Positions 1-10,278 of a DNA stretch of 64,000 bases are shown here, piece after piece. Position numbers and translations under genes: made by a program. Under the pieces are notes generated by a model, which saw only the letters and a list, made by a program, of their open reading frames with translations, was not told where the DNA came from and did not search any database. Numbering within the stretch: the first letter of the stretch is position 1; every line of letters begins with the position of its first letter. Origin of the DNA: a virus (Duplodnaviria; Caudoviricetes); the IMG/VR virus record IMGVR_UViG_2933348407_000001, positions 1 through 64,000 of that record, one strand, 5' to 3'.

Positions 1-1161
1 GTGAACACTGCCCGCCTGACCCCCGGCATCGCGTTCAAGGACGCCGAGGACGCTGTGTGCGCCGCTGCTGGCGCGATGATCCCGCTGATCTCCGCCACGC
101 TGCGCGCCCAGTTCCCGACCGGTGCGTTCCTGGTCATCGCCCGCAAGGACGGCGATGACGGCCAGTACCTGGCACTGGACTCCGTCCGGGACGACAAGGG
201 CGTTGCGCTGTGCCGGTTCCCCAGCAACCTGGACCGCGCCCGAAAGCTCCCGCCCGTCCCGCTGGAGCTGGCGGTCCTGTGGGGGACGAACCAGCCGCAG
301 CGGCCGAAGGTGATCCTCGAACTCCTCCAGAGGATCGAGGACACCGCCCCGCACGCGTTCATTGACTACCTGCCCGCGGAGTTGCGGACGGCCGCCGAGC
401 AGAAGGCCGAGGACAAGGGCGGGAACTCGCTGCTGGGTATCCCCCTGGTCGACGCTGACCTGCGGTCGCTGCGCGTGCACCGCCCTGGCGAGGACCCGCT
501 CCCCGACGAGCGCTTGCAGGAGATCCGTGCGACGGCCGTGGCGCCGGACGTGCGCGATCTGCTGGGGGAGCTGGACCGCGTCCGCGCGCTGCTGAGCACC
601 ACTCTGGAGGCGAACGGCACGCTCCTCGACAACTGGGCCCGGCTGGAGGGCGTAGCCCCGCACCCGTTCCTCGGTGTGTTCTGCCGGACGTGCCGCTCCG
701 AGGTGCAGGTGGGCACGGAGGGGTGCCCCCGGCACTCGCCCACGGTGATCAGTCGCGCCCTGTACGCGATGCACGCGGAGAACCGGTCGCTCCTCGACGC
801 GGAGGAGGCGGGCAACCGGGCGGTCGCGATGCTGGACACGGCGCTGCCGCTGCTCGCCGCGGTGCTGAACCCGGTGGACCACAGGGAGGGTTGCCGTCCG
901 CACGACTGCCGGTGTGCGTGCGACCGGCGGCAGAACTGCCAGGACTGCCACCGGTGCGTGTGCTGGCGGTCGGAGTGCTGCGCGGAGAAGGCGATTCGGT
1001 GGCACGCCGAGGACCGGTGGGCGCGGCTGGTCGCCGAGGCCGGCCTCGAGCCCGCGGGGTCCGGCTCCGACGCGGAGGGCCCGAAGTGCGCGGTGTGCCT
1101 GACCCCGATCGCCGAGCACGAGGGACGGCACTGCGAGCGCCCGGCCACCCGGAACTGCTGA
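1..1161 (+). CDS. Hypothetical protein with Cys/His-rich C-terminus (may extend upstream of window)
   Basis: 386-aa ORF with high GC3; many CxxC/CxC motifs (CRTC, CRCAC, CQDCHRCVC, CAVC); followed by a GC hairpin. Confidence 0.7.
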   Translation: MNTARLTPGIAFKDAEDAVCAAAGAMIPLISATLRAQFPTGAFLVIARKDGDDGQYLALDSVRDDKGVALCRFPSNLDRARKLPPVPLELAVLWGTNQPQRPKVILELLQRIEDTAPHAFIDYLPAELRTAAEQKAEDKGGNSLLGIPLVDADLRSLRVHRPGEDPLPDERLQEIRATAVAPDVRDLLGELDRVRALLSTTLEANGTLLDNWARLEGVAPHPFLGVFCRTCRSEVQVGTEGCPRHSPTVISRALYAMHAENRSLLDAEEAGNRAVAMLDTALPLLAAVLNPVDHREGCRPHDCRCACDRRQNCQDCHRCVCWRSECCAEKAIRWHAEDRWARLVAEAGLEPAGSGSDAEGPKCAVCLTPIAEHEGRHCERPATRNC

Positions 1162-1165
1162 GCGC

Positions 1166-1203
1166 TGCGCCCGGTTCCCTCCGGCCACAGGGGGCCGGGC
1201 GCA
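1166..1203 (+). terminator. GC-rich hairpin, probable terminator
   Basis: tgcgcccggttccct ... agggggccgggcgca just after the stop codon. Confidence 0.5.
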
Positions 1204-1256
1204 CCCCGCCTTAATGGTGCAGCCGTGAGACTCGCGCGGGCATTTTCCCTGCCACC

Positions 1257-1285
1257 CTGTCACGCGAGTCTTATTGCTGTACTAT
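1257..1285 (+). promoter_or_regulatory. Housekeeping-sigma-like promoter
   Basis: CTGTCA-N17-TACTAT; same architecture as CTGACA-N17-TATCAT at 13422-13450, both with GCTG before the -10. Confidence 0.5.
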
Positions 1286-1292
1286 CAGGCGT

Positions 1293-1342
1293 GTTGGTGG
1301 AGAGCAGCCGCCGACAGTCCCGAACGAAGGAACGCCGCAATG
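1293..1342 (+). repeat. Conserved hairpin+RBS leader, copy 1
   Basis: GTTGGTGG-agagcag-CCGCCGAC then AGTCCCGAACGAAGGAAC..ATG; other copies at 25146, 26013, 31075. Confidence 0.8.
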
Positions 1343-2671
1343 AGGACCCTCCCGGCCAAGGTGCAGACCGCCGTCCACGTCGCCACGCTCGCCCGCAAGG
1401 CCGGTCTGCCCATCCCCGCCAAGGTCCTCCCGGTCCTCGAAGAGGCCGCCGCCCCCTGGCCCGCCGAGTGGCTCCTCGCCCCGCTCCCCGGCGACCCGAT
1501 CCGCGTCGTCGAGCTGTTCGCGGGCCCCGGCGGCTGGTCCGAGGGCATCTCCGCCGTCCTCGGCGTGGCCGTCGACTCCTGCGGCGTCGACATCTCCCCG
1601 GACGCCTGCGCCACCGCCCGCGCCGCCGGACACCGCCGCATCTGCGCCGACATCACCACCCTCGACCCCGAGCACATCGCGCTGCGCCACACCGCCGCCG
1701 TCATCATCAGCCCGCCGTGCCCCACCTTCTCCCCGGGCGGCAAGCTCTCCGGCCGGGAGCTGGGCAACATCCAGATCCTCGGCGACGCCATCGCCTACGT
1801 CGGCGAGACCGCCGGGTTCATCCCCATGGACTGGCACCACAGCGACTACGACGACGGCGAGTGCGAGTGCGACCCGGACGCCCCCGACGGCAAGGGATGC
1901 CACGGCGACGGCTTCGCCCCCCGCGCCGGCACCACCTGGGACGAGGTCCGCGAGATGGCTGCGGGCGTCAGTGACCCGCGCATCGCCCTCATGCTCGAGG
2001 TCGCCATCTGGCCGATCGCCCTGCAAGCCGCCGGTGCGCCAATCCGCTGGATGGCCATGGAGCAGTCCAGCAACCTGCCCGAGGAGATCATCAGCGACCT
2101 GACCATCGAGTTCCAGTGCGCCGAGTGGTTCTACACCAGCCACGAGATCAAGGAGGCCGCCGACTACGGCCTGCCGTCCCGCCGCAAGCGCGTCTACATG
2201 ATCGCCTCCCGCTCCTACTCCCCCACCGTCACCCGCTGCATCCGCCCGCTGCCCGCCACCACCATGGCGCAGGCCCTCGGCTGGCAGCCGGGGGAGCGCG
2301 TCAACACCCGCGGCAACCGCCCCACCGACCCGAAGACCGGCCGCGCCAAGGGCGGCAACGCGTTCTCCGCCGACGGCCCGTCCTGGTGCCTCACCGGCAA
2401 GTCCCGCACCTGGAAGCGCGAGAGCGACGGCTACCGCCTCACCGCGGCCGAGGCCGGGCTGCTCGTCGGATTCCGCCGCTCCTACCCGTGGCAGGGAAGC
2501 CGCTCCAGCGCCTTCCAGCAGGCCGCCGACGTCGTCTCCCCCGTCATGGCCGCGATCGTCCTCAGCGGCGTCCTGGGCGGCCTCGCCGAGGCCCTGGTGC
2601 GCGACTACCTCGCCCAGCTCTACGAGATGGACGACATGCTCAGCCCAGACGACTATGACCTAGTCAGCTAG
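1340..2671 (+). CDS. DNA (cytosine-5) methyltransferase
   Basis: Motif I VELFAGPGG, catalytic SPPCPTFS, motif VIII YGLPSRRKRVY, motif IX/X-like LTAAEAGLLVGF...QQAADVV; ATG 1340 after GAAGGA. Confidence 0.9.
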   Translation: MRTLPAKVQTAVHVATLARKAGLPIPAKVLPVLEEAAAPWPAEWLLAPLPGDPIRVVELFAGPGGWSEGISAVLGVAVDSCGVDISPDACATARAAGHRRICADITTLDPEHIALRHTAAVIISPPCPTFSPGGKLSGRELGNIQILGDAIAYVGETAGFIPMDWHHSDYDDGECECDPDAPDGKGCHGDGFAPRAGTTWDEVREMAAGVSDPRIALMLEVAIWPIALQAAGAPIRWMAMEQSSNLPEEIISDLTIEFQCAEWFYTSHEIKEAADYGLPSRRKRVYMIASRSYSPTVTRCIRPLPATTMAQALGWQPGERVNTRGNRPTDPKTGRAKGGNAFSADGPSWCLTGKSRTWKRESDGYRLTAAEAGLLVGFRRSYPWQGSRSSAFQQAADVVSPVMAAIVLSGVLGGLAEALVRDYLAQLYEMDDMLSPDDYDLVS

Positions 2672-3124
2672 GCCCCAGAACGCCCGGCCCCCTCCAGCGG
2701 AGGCTGGGCGTTGTAGTTCTGCACGTACAAACAGCAGTGCGGGGGTTTGACCCGCCAGGACTACTCCAGGAGGAGCCGCACCGCCTGGTCCAAATCTTCG
2801 GCATACGGAGAGTCGAGGAGCACCTGGCACACCGTTTGCCGGAGCCTCACATAGTTCTTCGACTCTTCCAAGTCGAGTTCGGCCACACGCTCGGCCTCCA
2901 GTGTGGGTTGCCGGGGTGAGCACAGGGATCGGCAGCTCCCACACGGGCTTGTCGATGCCCCGCTCGTCTTTGCCGTACGACACTCCATGGTGCGCAGCGC
3001 CGTGCGTGGTCACACCCTTGTCGGCCGGAATTCCCTCGGGCAAGCCGATTTCGCAGCACGCGACGCGAGGCGCACTCACGCGGCATGTATGGCAGCTGGG
3101 AATACCCCGGAGCTCAGATTGCCA

Positions 3125-4672
3125 TTATGCGATCTCGCGTGAAGAGCTCCGATAAAGAGTAAGGTAATCTTGGTGAAATCCACTGCCGTCGCCTGGGTCA
3201 CTGAAGAAGCTGGCGGACCATGATTCCGCACCAGGCGTCCAGCTGACGATATTGTAAGAGAGCGGCTTTCCCCCTATTCCGAGTGATGTACCGCACCCAA
3301 CAGCCGTTATTTCCATGGGGGGCACGCGTCCTGGCCTGACGATTTCGGCGCGATGTCTGGCTACGTGTTTGTGTCCATGCAGAATGAGTGATGTACGGCG
3401 AGCTGCGCACCACGATAGGAACCGATCCGAATCCTCCATCTGAATGTATCGCTCGTTTCCTACGAAGAGCCGCTTGCGACCCCTTTGAACGGGTAGCTCC
3501 TCCGGTGCATACGGGAATGGATGATGATGGAGGACTGCGATTCGTTCGTAATTGTTGAGCTCTTCCCTTCGGCCCAGTTGAATCTGAAGTTCTGTGGCAA
3601 CTTCCCGTAGTTGCGAGTCTGACATTCCCCCGCGCGCCCAGTTTCCTTTCTCAGAGGAGTTGAAACAGAGGAACGTGCATAGTAGGTCGTCATCGACGAC
3701 TACTCCCGGACCCCACTTCATGTTGGCTAGCTGTCGGTATTCCTCACCTATTCGCCCTAGGTTGTTGCCGAATGCCCGCTGATCGTGGTTGCCTGGGACG
3801 ATGACGGGGTCCTTTGCGTTCCAGTTCCTGAGCGAGGTCAAGAATCGATAGAACGCCGCATAGTCATCCGATCGCGGGTTGTCGAAGAGGTCTCCGGATA
3901 TGACTACCCTGTCGAAGTCATTCTTTCTGTCCAGCAGGCACCTCTCCAAGTATGGTTCCTTTTTCAGGGCATCGCGGCTGCCGAAATGCAGGTCACTGAG
4001 ATGCAAAATGCGACTGCGTCGGCAATCGGGGGTTTGCCGATTGTAGTCGCTCATTATTTGCTCCAGCTTTGCAGGGGTGGAGTCAAGCTGTTCGACAAGC
4101 TGACGGAAGAGGGGTTCTGCATCTCGAACCGGAGCAAACGCTGATTCTCCTGTTTTGAGCCAGAAGAGCACCCCGGGCAAATTTTCAGGGTGGCTGGCGA
4201 TTTGTTGCACTGGGGGGATGGGGTCGAAAAATTCCAAGCTTCCTTGCCCCATTCCGCCGTGCGGCATAAGAATGAGTGCGTTGTGTTCGGTCGTATAGGC
4301 GGCGTGCCGAAAGAAGGCGTTTACTCGGTCGTAACTCTCGTGATCTCGACTCGCTACAAGAGCATACAGTTCAAAGTTCTTGAAAACTCGGCGCAAATCT
4401 GCAAGCGCCTCCTTGATCAGAGGCGGACTCAAGAACTCCTGCCAACTTTCTCCGCGCAGTCTTCGATCGAGGCTCCGGCTTGATTCACCTGCGACGGCTG
4501 ATACCCTATCGACCCAAAAAGGTTTACTTGATATCAGGGAGTACGTGTCATGTTCCAACGCGCCCAGGAATCGAACCAAATCCCCCGCCCTCATCCGAGG
4601 AGGTTCGTCGGATATAGGGCGCGTAAGGTAAGCCGCGATGTTGGCGTCGCGAAGCTCGAATAGCCAGCCCAT
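3125..4672 (-). CDS. Calcineurin-like metallophosphoesterase with uncharacterised N-terminal domain (possible defence gene)
   Basis: HLSDLHFG, ISGDL, PGNHD, LHHHP, LHGHKH motifs; lower GC than flanks. Confidence 0.85.
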   Translation of the reverse strand: MGWLFELRDANIAAYLTRPISDEPPRMRAGDLVRFLGALEHDTYSLISSKPFWVDRVSAVAGESSRSLDRRLRGESWQEFLSPPLIKEALADLRRVFKNFELYALVASRDHESYDRVNAFFRHAAYTTEHNALILMPHGGMGQGSLEFFDPIPPVQQIASHPENLPGVLFWLKTGESAFAPVRDAEPLFRQLVEQLDSTPAKLEQIMSDYNRQTPDCRRSRILHLSDLHFGSRDALKKEPYLERCLLDRKNDFDRVVISGDLFDNPRSDDYAAFYRFLTSLRNWNAKDPVIVPGNHDQRAFGNNLGRIGEEYRQLANMKWGPGVVVDDDLLCTFLCFNSSEKGNWARGGMSDSQLREVATELQIQLGRREELNNYERIAVLHHHPFPYAPEELPVQRGRKRLFVGNERYIQMEDSDRFLSWCAARRTSLILHGHKHVARHRAEIVRPGRVPPMEITAVGCGTSLGIGGKPLSYNIVSWTPGAESWSASFFSDPGDGSGFHQDYLTLYRSSSREIA

Positions 4673-5243
4673 TTGCAGTGCCCCTTGGTTTTAGGTAACA
4701 GCTACAGTCCACGGGTCAATGCGCGGTGTGACCTGACGAATCAAGCTTAGTTCTGCACATGTCGCTTGTCCTGTTGAAGTCGTTCGAGAATCAATATTTG
4801 ATCCGCCGCATCTTGGGGGCGCGCGAAAACAGCGAAACCCCCGCGCTCCGCGAGGGAGCCGACCTTCGTCATCGTCGCGTTTCTTATGTTCCTGGCGGGC
4901 CTGCTGCTCGCTGCGTCCAAGCTCGGTGACGACTCCTCCGGCGACACGGACCCGACGCCGTCCAACTCCCCGTCGGCCCCGGGCCGACCGCGCCCGCCGA
5001 CTGCTCGCCCAGCACCCGTCCACAAGCAGCCCGACGTCCGTGCCAATGCCGGCCTCGACAACCGTCCGGCCGCGGCCGCCGTCGGCGTCACGGGCTCCGC
5101 CATCTATCAGCGACGCCGAGTTCGCCAAGGCCATGGACGCGGCACGGGCCGCCGCTCGTTAGGGGAGATCGAACGGAACGTGATGGCACGCCCGCATCAC
5201 CGGGACAGCGACTGCCACGGGATCCGTACGCGAACGCCTTCGA

Positions 5244-6155
5244 CTACTTCTTCCGAATGCTGCCGCTGGAGATCCAGTGGACCAGGATCGCAGCCGTGTG
5301 TACGGCCGTTTCCGCTGCCTCCTGGGTCACGGGGGCACTGGTGGGTCCCCCCTCGTGACGGTCCCGCTGTCCGTGCCAGAGCAAGCTGACCATCGCGAAG
5401 ACCGCCTCAGTGTCTGCGGGCGCCCCCGTCTTGTCGGCCACGACCATCTCGTACTTGTGCCGTCCCTGGTCCAGATGAGCGCGGACTTTGCCGAGGGTGG
5501 GCTCGGGCGCGTTGGGAAGGAAGAACGGGTTGGCGACGGCCTCAACGGCCTTGATGGCACGGGAGTAGGCGGCACTCGGGTCGGGCTTGATCCCGTACGC
5601 CTCGGTGAACGCAACACGGAGATGATCGGCGGCCGTCTCCGTTCTTGAAGCTCCAGCGTCCACGGCTTTGTCGTAGCTGGCACGGAGCGCCTCGTCCATC
5701 CGGCGTTCAAGCCTGCTGCCGTCTTCGGAGACTGTGAAAGCGGAATCGCCCTCGCGCAGGATGCCTTCCAGTTGGCGAGCGAAGCCAGCGGCCGTTTGGA
5801 GGTGGTGCCAACTTGCCCCCAGTAGCGCTTGCTCTACGCAGCCCAGCGTTGCGTCGATGACCTCCACGCGCAGCATCGGGTTCTTCGGGTCATCGAGAGT
5901 GGCCAGCTCGGCGTACGGGTCGCGGCTCTTGAGGATCTTCGACGGCAGTTTCAGTCGCACCGCTACGGGGGTCGCCATGTCATACGTGCGCAGCACCTCG
6001 TACAGCCATTCACGGATGGGCACGTCAAGGTGGTCCGGCACACCCTCTGCCCACAGGGGCTCCGGCTCGGTCTTCCCCGCCAGACGGTCAGTCAGCCTGC
6101 TGGTCACAGAGCGACTGTAGGCGGCCCGAGATGAGAAGACGACCGACTTGTTCAT
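5244..6155 (-). CDS. Hypothetical protein, possible abortive-infection/HEPN-like
   Basis: 303 aa; C-terminal helical region AYSRAIKAVE...LGKV...RDRH resembles Abi C-terminal domains; family not confirmed. Confidence 0.5.
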   Translation of the reverse strand: MNKSVVFSSRAAYSRSVTSRLTDRLAGKTEPEPLWAEGVPDHLDVPIREWLYEVLRTYDMATPVAVRLKLPSKILKSRDPYAELATLDDPKNPMLRVEVIDATLGCVEQALLGASWHHLQTAAGFARQLEGILREGDSAFTVSEDGSRLERRMDEALRASYDKAVDAGASRTETAADHLRVAFTEAYGIKPDPSAAYSRAIKAVEAVANPFFLPNAPEPTLGKVRAHLDQGRHKYEMVVADKTGAPADTEAVFAMVSLLWHGQRDRHEGGPTSAPVTQEAAETAVHTAAILVHWISSGSIRKK

Positions 6156-6446
6156 GAGACCGAATGGACCGGAGCGTCCATACAGTCTGAGCTCATGGTC
6201 GACCCGGCCACGGCCGGGTCCTGGCTCAGCGCAGCCGAACCACGGTGACTAGCGCGTGCCGTGCGCCTGGTGAGGTACTCCGTCCGCTCCGGACAATCCG
6301 CTCACCGCCGCGCCCCGGCGTCAACAGCCGGGAATCCCGCGAGCGGACGCAAGGGTTCCGCGAGCGGCAGGGTGTGCCCCCTTGCCCGCGTCGTGTCCCG
6401 CGGCCGCCATCCGACGGCCCCGCGACCTGGGCAGATGGGAGGCGAC

Positions 6447-6929
6447 GTGCAGCCACACGTCACACAGGCACTCGATACCTGGTACGGCGCGTGGAAGCTC
6501 CACCAGGAGACGGCTCAGGACGCCTTCACCGCGGCGTTCCCGGCTCTCAACCCAGCCGCCCGGTGCCAGTGCTTTGGTCCCACGCTGCGCTGGGTGACGC
6601 CCGGCGAAGGCGCGGGCAAGGTGTGCCTCGACGACCACGGCCGCGCGACGATCGAGTTCGAGAACGTCCCGAAGACCGCGGTCGGCACGGCCATGACGGA
6701 GTGCTGGGGCGCGGACTGGTTCGACGAGAGGCCGGGAGGGTTCGCCGAGGCGGAGCCCGGCCAGTTCCACTACGAGGACGAGCAGACCTACGCGGAGTAC
6801 GAGTTCGACGTGAACGCCGACGGCACCGTGACGTTCGGGATCTCCTACGTGAAGGTCGACGACATCGTCACGATGCTCGACGCCCTCGAGCGAGCGCTCG
6901 CCGAACACCGCACCGCTCGACTCGGGTGA
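6447..6929 (+). CDS. Hypothetical protein
   Basis: GTG after GGAGG; high GC3; acidic/aromatic globular sequence. Confidence 0.7.
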   Translation: MQPHVTQALDTWYGAWKLHQETAQDAFTAAFPALNPAARCQCFGPTLRWVTPGEGAGKVCLDDHGRATIEFENVPKTAVGTAMTECWGADWFDERPGGFAEAEPGQFHYEDEQTYAEYEFDVNADGTVTFGISYVKVDDIVTMLDALERALAEHRTARLG

Positions 6930-7548
6930 TGTGAGGAGACCCGACCGCGTCCGCCAGAGATCGTTCCCAGAGTGCCGGGAACCGGCGGGGGCGTGGAGGG
7001 CAGCATCTCCACGCCCCCGGCCTTCAAGATCAGCGGAGGTTAACCTCGACCTTGACCTGCAGGCAGGTCCCGGCGGTGATGAGCGGGCCGCCGACGAAGG
7101 GGAAGCCGGTGAAGCACAGGGCGACTCCGGAACCGACGCAAAGTGCGGAGAATCCGAGCTGGCACCAGCCGAACGCCCCCTCGGAGCGCCTCCTGCTCAC
7201 GGAGACGACGGGCTGGTGCTGTGCCGGATCTGCTGGGGTACCGTCGTTGGTAGTCAGGATGGACCACCTCTTTCCTGTAGGCGCAGGCCCAGGGCAGTTC
7301 TGCTTGCCGGCTCTCTGCCCGGGGCCTGCGGGACTTCTACGGCTGGAGGGTTCCAGCTCGTGAGATCCATGGTGCGCGGGCTTGACAGGCCCTCGGGGTA
7401 CACTGACCTACGGATTGATCCGCATGCGTCGAGTCTCAGGTAAATGGAGCTGAAACCAGGAGATGGATAACTGGACTAGTAACCCATCATGCGGATCAAT
7501 CGGTAGCGGATAAACCACCGTAGCAGTTTTTTTGAGGAGGCCGGGGCT

Positions 7549-8613
7549 GTGGCCCTTGAGAGGGACGGCAAGGTCGAGGTCCGCATGGAGCAACTGGCGG
7601 CCTTGATGGGGAACGACCTCCCCGAGGCGGTCCGGAAGGCTCGGGAGATCTACGAGCGGGGCAGGAAGCCGAAGACCGTGCGCGTCCGGCGGTCCTTCGT
7701 GCGGCTGGAGAAGTTCGGCGGGACGGTCGAGAACGAGCGCAAGCCTCTGCCTAGGTCCGAGCGCCCCTTCTCCGCCCAGATGATCACGCCGAAGGGGCTC
7801 AGCCTGAAGCTCTACCTCGTGATGCTGTTCGCGGCGCAGTGCGAGGCAGCAATCGGGAAGGAGTGGCCCCAGCCGTACCCGATCGAGCCGAACACCCAGA
7901 CGACCGACTCGTGGGAGGGGTTGGTAGCGACTGTCGCCAAGTACGCCGGTCCCGGGGTTCAGGCGTCCTCGGTCCGCACGAACAAGCTGAGGCAGATCAC
8001 CCAGGCGATGAAGACGCTGGAGGGGATGGAGCTGCTGAGATCGGCGACCGGGGTCAAGGGTCAGGTCAGCCGCGGCGTCCTGCTCCTGTGCGAGAACGGG
8101 AAGAGCAAGGACACCGGCGCAGCGAGCATCGCGTACACGGTGCCGGCGGATGCCGAGCTCTTCCTGGAGATCCCCGTGGGGTTCTTCACCAACGGCTGGA
8201 TCTACGCGCTCACCAACAGCGAGATCGCCGCCATGTTGATGTGGTTCGACGTCCTGAAGTTCGACGGCATGAAGGTGACGCCGGAGGGCGGGACACCGAT
8301 GATCCTCGGCTTCGTGCTGAGTAACGTGCGCCACGGCTTCTACGGCCTCGGCCGGGACGCGTACGAGACGCACAGGCCGTTGGAGGCCTTCGGGGTGCTT
8401 GAGGTCCACCGCCACTGGAAGCGGTACGACAGCGGCAAGTGGATGGACTTCAAGGAAGAGAGCAGCGACATGGTGTGCCACCGAGTGACGCTCCAGGACG
8501 GCGCCTTCGACAGGGAGGCGGGGGCGGTCGTGCACGAGGTGCTCCGACGGCGTGACGCCACCAACGAGTGGCGGCAGCCCATGAGCGGGTTCCTACAGCC
8601 CGGAAGGCTGTAG
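7549..8613 (+). CDS. Hypothetical protein, possibly winged-helix DNA-binding/replication related
   Basis: 354 aa, GAGGAGG RBS, high GC3; preceded by relatively AT-rich segment 7440-7532; function speculative. Confidence 0.6.
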   Translation: MALERDGKVEVRMEQLAALMGNDLPEAVRKAREIYERGRKPKTVRVRRSFVRLEKFGGTVENERKPLPRSERPFSAQMITPKGLSLKLYLVMLFAAQCEAAIGKEWPQPYPIEPNTQTTDSWEGLVATVAKYAGPGVQASSVRTNKLRQITQAMKTLEGMELLRSATGVKGQVSRGVLLLCENGKSKDTGAASIAYTVPADAELFLEIPVGFFTNGWIYALTNSEIAAMLMWFDVLKFDGMKVTPEGGTPMILGFVLSNVRHGFYGLGRDAYETHRPLEAFGVLEVHRHWKRYDSGKWMDFKEESSDMVCHRVTLQDGAFDREAGAVVHEVLRRRDATNEWRQPMSGFLQPGRL

Positions 8614-8648
8614 AAACCCGCCGCGGCAGAGTGTCACGCGCGCCTGAT

Positions 8649-8679
8649 CGCGACGTAAGCCTCCTCGGCCCCCCATGGT
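8649..8679 (+). promoter_or_regulatory. Element-specific promoter motif, copy 1
   Basis: CGCGAC-gtaagcctcctcggccccc(19)-CATGGT. Confidence 0.65.
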
Positions 8680-8756
8680 CCTTCCTCGCTCCAGCCGTCC
8701 TCCCGCGGCCGCCGTTCCTGGCCGGTCCGACGAGCCGGGGCAGGACGGACGGACCT

Positions 8757-10238
8757 GTGGCGGCAACGAACCTCGCCCCCGCCGGGCAGGAAGCCCTGAT
8801 ACCTGTGGAGGAGCTGACGGGCCCCGAGCCGGTCGTCCACTGCGCGGACGCCCTCGACCACCTTCGGGCCCTCCCCGACGCCTCGGTGGACGCGATCGTG
8901 ACCGATCCGCCGTACGAGCTGGGCTTCCTTGGGAAGGCGTGGGACGCCTCCGGCATCGCCTACAGCGTGGGCATGTGGGCGGAGTGCCTGCGCGTCCTCA
9001 AGCCGGGCGGGCACCTGGCCGCGTTCGGCGCGACCCGCACCTACCACCGCATGGCCGTGGCCGTCGAGGACGCCGGATTCGAGATCCGTGACTCCCTGCA
9101 CTGGCTGTACGGCACCGGCTTCCCCAAGGGACAGGACGTCGGGAAGCTGATCGACCGGCGCCGCGACGACCACCCCGCCCGCCGCCGCTTCACCGCCGAG
9201 TTCGCCGCGCTCCGCGACTCCGTCGGCTGGACGAACCCGCAGATCGACGCCCTGTTCGGCTTCAACGGCATGGCACAGCACTGGACGACACAGAGCAAGA
9301 CCGCCGCCGTCCCGACCGTCGAGCAGTGGGAGCAGTTGAAGGCGGAGATGGGGTTCGAGGCCCCGATCAGCGTCGAGGACCTGGTGCACGAGCTGAACGG
9401 GCGGAAGAACGCGCCCGGGGAGGCGTGGGAGGACCGGGAGGTCATCGGCAAGGGGCACCGAGCCCGGGGCGGTTCCGGGGTGTTCCCGCAGCTCCAGTCC
9501 GACACGTTCGACGTGACCGCACCGGCGACCGTCGAGGCCGCCCGCTGGGACGGCTGGAACACCGCCCTCAAGCCCGGCCATGAGCCGATCGTCCTGGCGC
9601 GGAAGCCGCTCGAGGGCACGGTCGCCTCCAACGTCCTGGCGCACGGCACCGGCGCGATGAATACCGCGGCGTGCAAGACCCCGCCCGGCGACGCCGAGGG
9701 GCGTTGGCCGACCAACGTGCTGCTGTCGCACGCGTGGGCCGTCGACGATGTGGGATGGATCGTTGACGGTTGCGCGGACGGCTGCGCGGAGGGGTGCCCG
9801 GTCGCCGAGCTGGACGGCCAGTCGGGGCGGCTCACCTCCGGGGCGAACCCGCGGCGCCGAGGGTCGGACAAGTTCCGCGACGTGTACGGCGACTTCAAGG
9901 GCCAGACCGCGTGCAAGCCGGTCCGGGGCGCGGACTCCGGCGGCGCCTCCCGCTTCTACCCGGTGTTCCGCTACCAGGCCAAGGCCCCCACCAGTGAGCG
10001 GCCGCGCCTCCCGGACGGCACCGTGCACCCCACGGTGAAGCCGGTCGCGCTCATGCGCTGGTTGGTCCGGCTGCTCACCGCGCCCGGCGGGATCGTCCTG
10101 GACCCGTTCGCCGGTACCGGCACGACACTCGAGGCCGCCCGCCTGGAGGGCTTCGACTCCATGGGCGTGGAGGCCAAGGCCGAGTACGCCGAGCTGTGCC
10201 GCCTCCGGCTGCGCCGCGAGACCGTGAGGAGCAACTGA
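8757..10238 (+). CDS. DNA methyltransferase, N4-C/N6-A beta class, with HTH-like insertion
   Basis: IVTDPPY near N-terminus; HPTVKP and LDPFAGTGTT at C-terminus; insert FAALRDSVGWTNPQIDALFG..AQHW. Confidence 0.9.
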   Translation: MAATNLAPAGQEALIPVEELTGPEPVVHCADALDHLRALPDASVDAIVTDPPYELGFLGKAWDASGIAYSVGMWAECLRVLKPGGHLAAFGATRTYHRMAVAVEDAGFEIRDSLHWLYGTGFPKGQDVGKLIDRRRDDHPARRRFTAEFAALRDSVGWTNPQIDALFGFNGMAQHWTTQSKTAAVPTVEQWEQLKAEMGFEAPISVEDLVHELNGRKNAPGEAWEDREVIGKGHRARGGSGVFPQLQSDTFDVTAPATVEAARWDGWNTALKPGHEPIVLARKPLEGTVASNVLAHGTGAMNTAACKTPPGDAEGRWPTNVLLSHAWAVDDVGWIVDGCADGCAEGCPVAELDGQSGRLTSGANPRRRGSDKFRDVYGDFKGQTACKPVRGADSGGASRFYPVFRYQAKAPTSERPRLPDGTVHPTVKPVALMRWLVRLLTAPGGIVLDPFAGTGTTLEAARLEGFDSMGVEAKAEYAELCRLRLRRETVRSN

Positions 10239-10278
10239 TGCGCATGACCGGCTTCGACTCCATGCGCCTGCCCGGGGC

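Noticed and set aside
2660-3120. Short ORFs between the C5 MTase and the phosphoesterase
   Set aside because: No consistent frame, RBS or motif; possibly gene remnants
4691-5240. Short overlapping ORFs, possibly a broken secreted-protein gene
   Set aside because: Cannot define a supported start and stop
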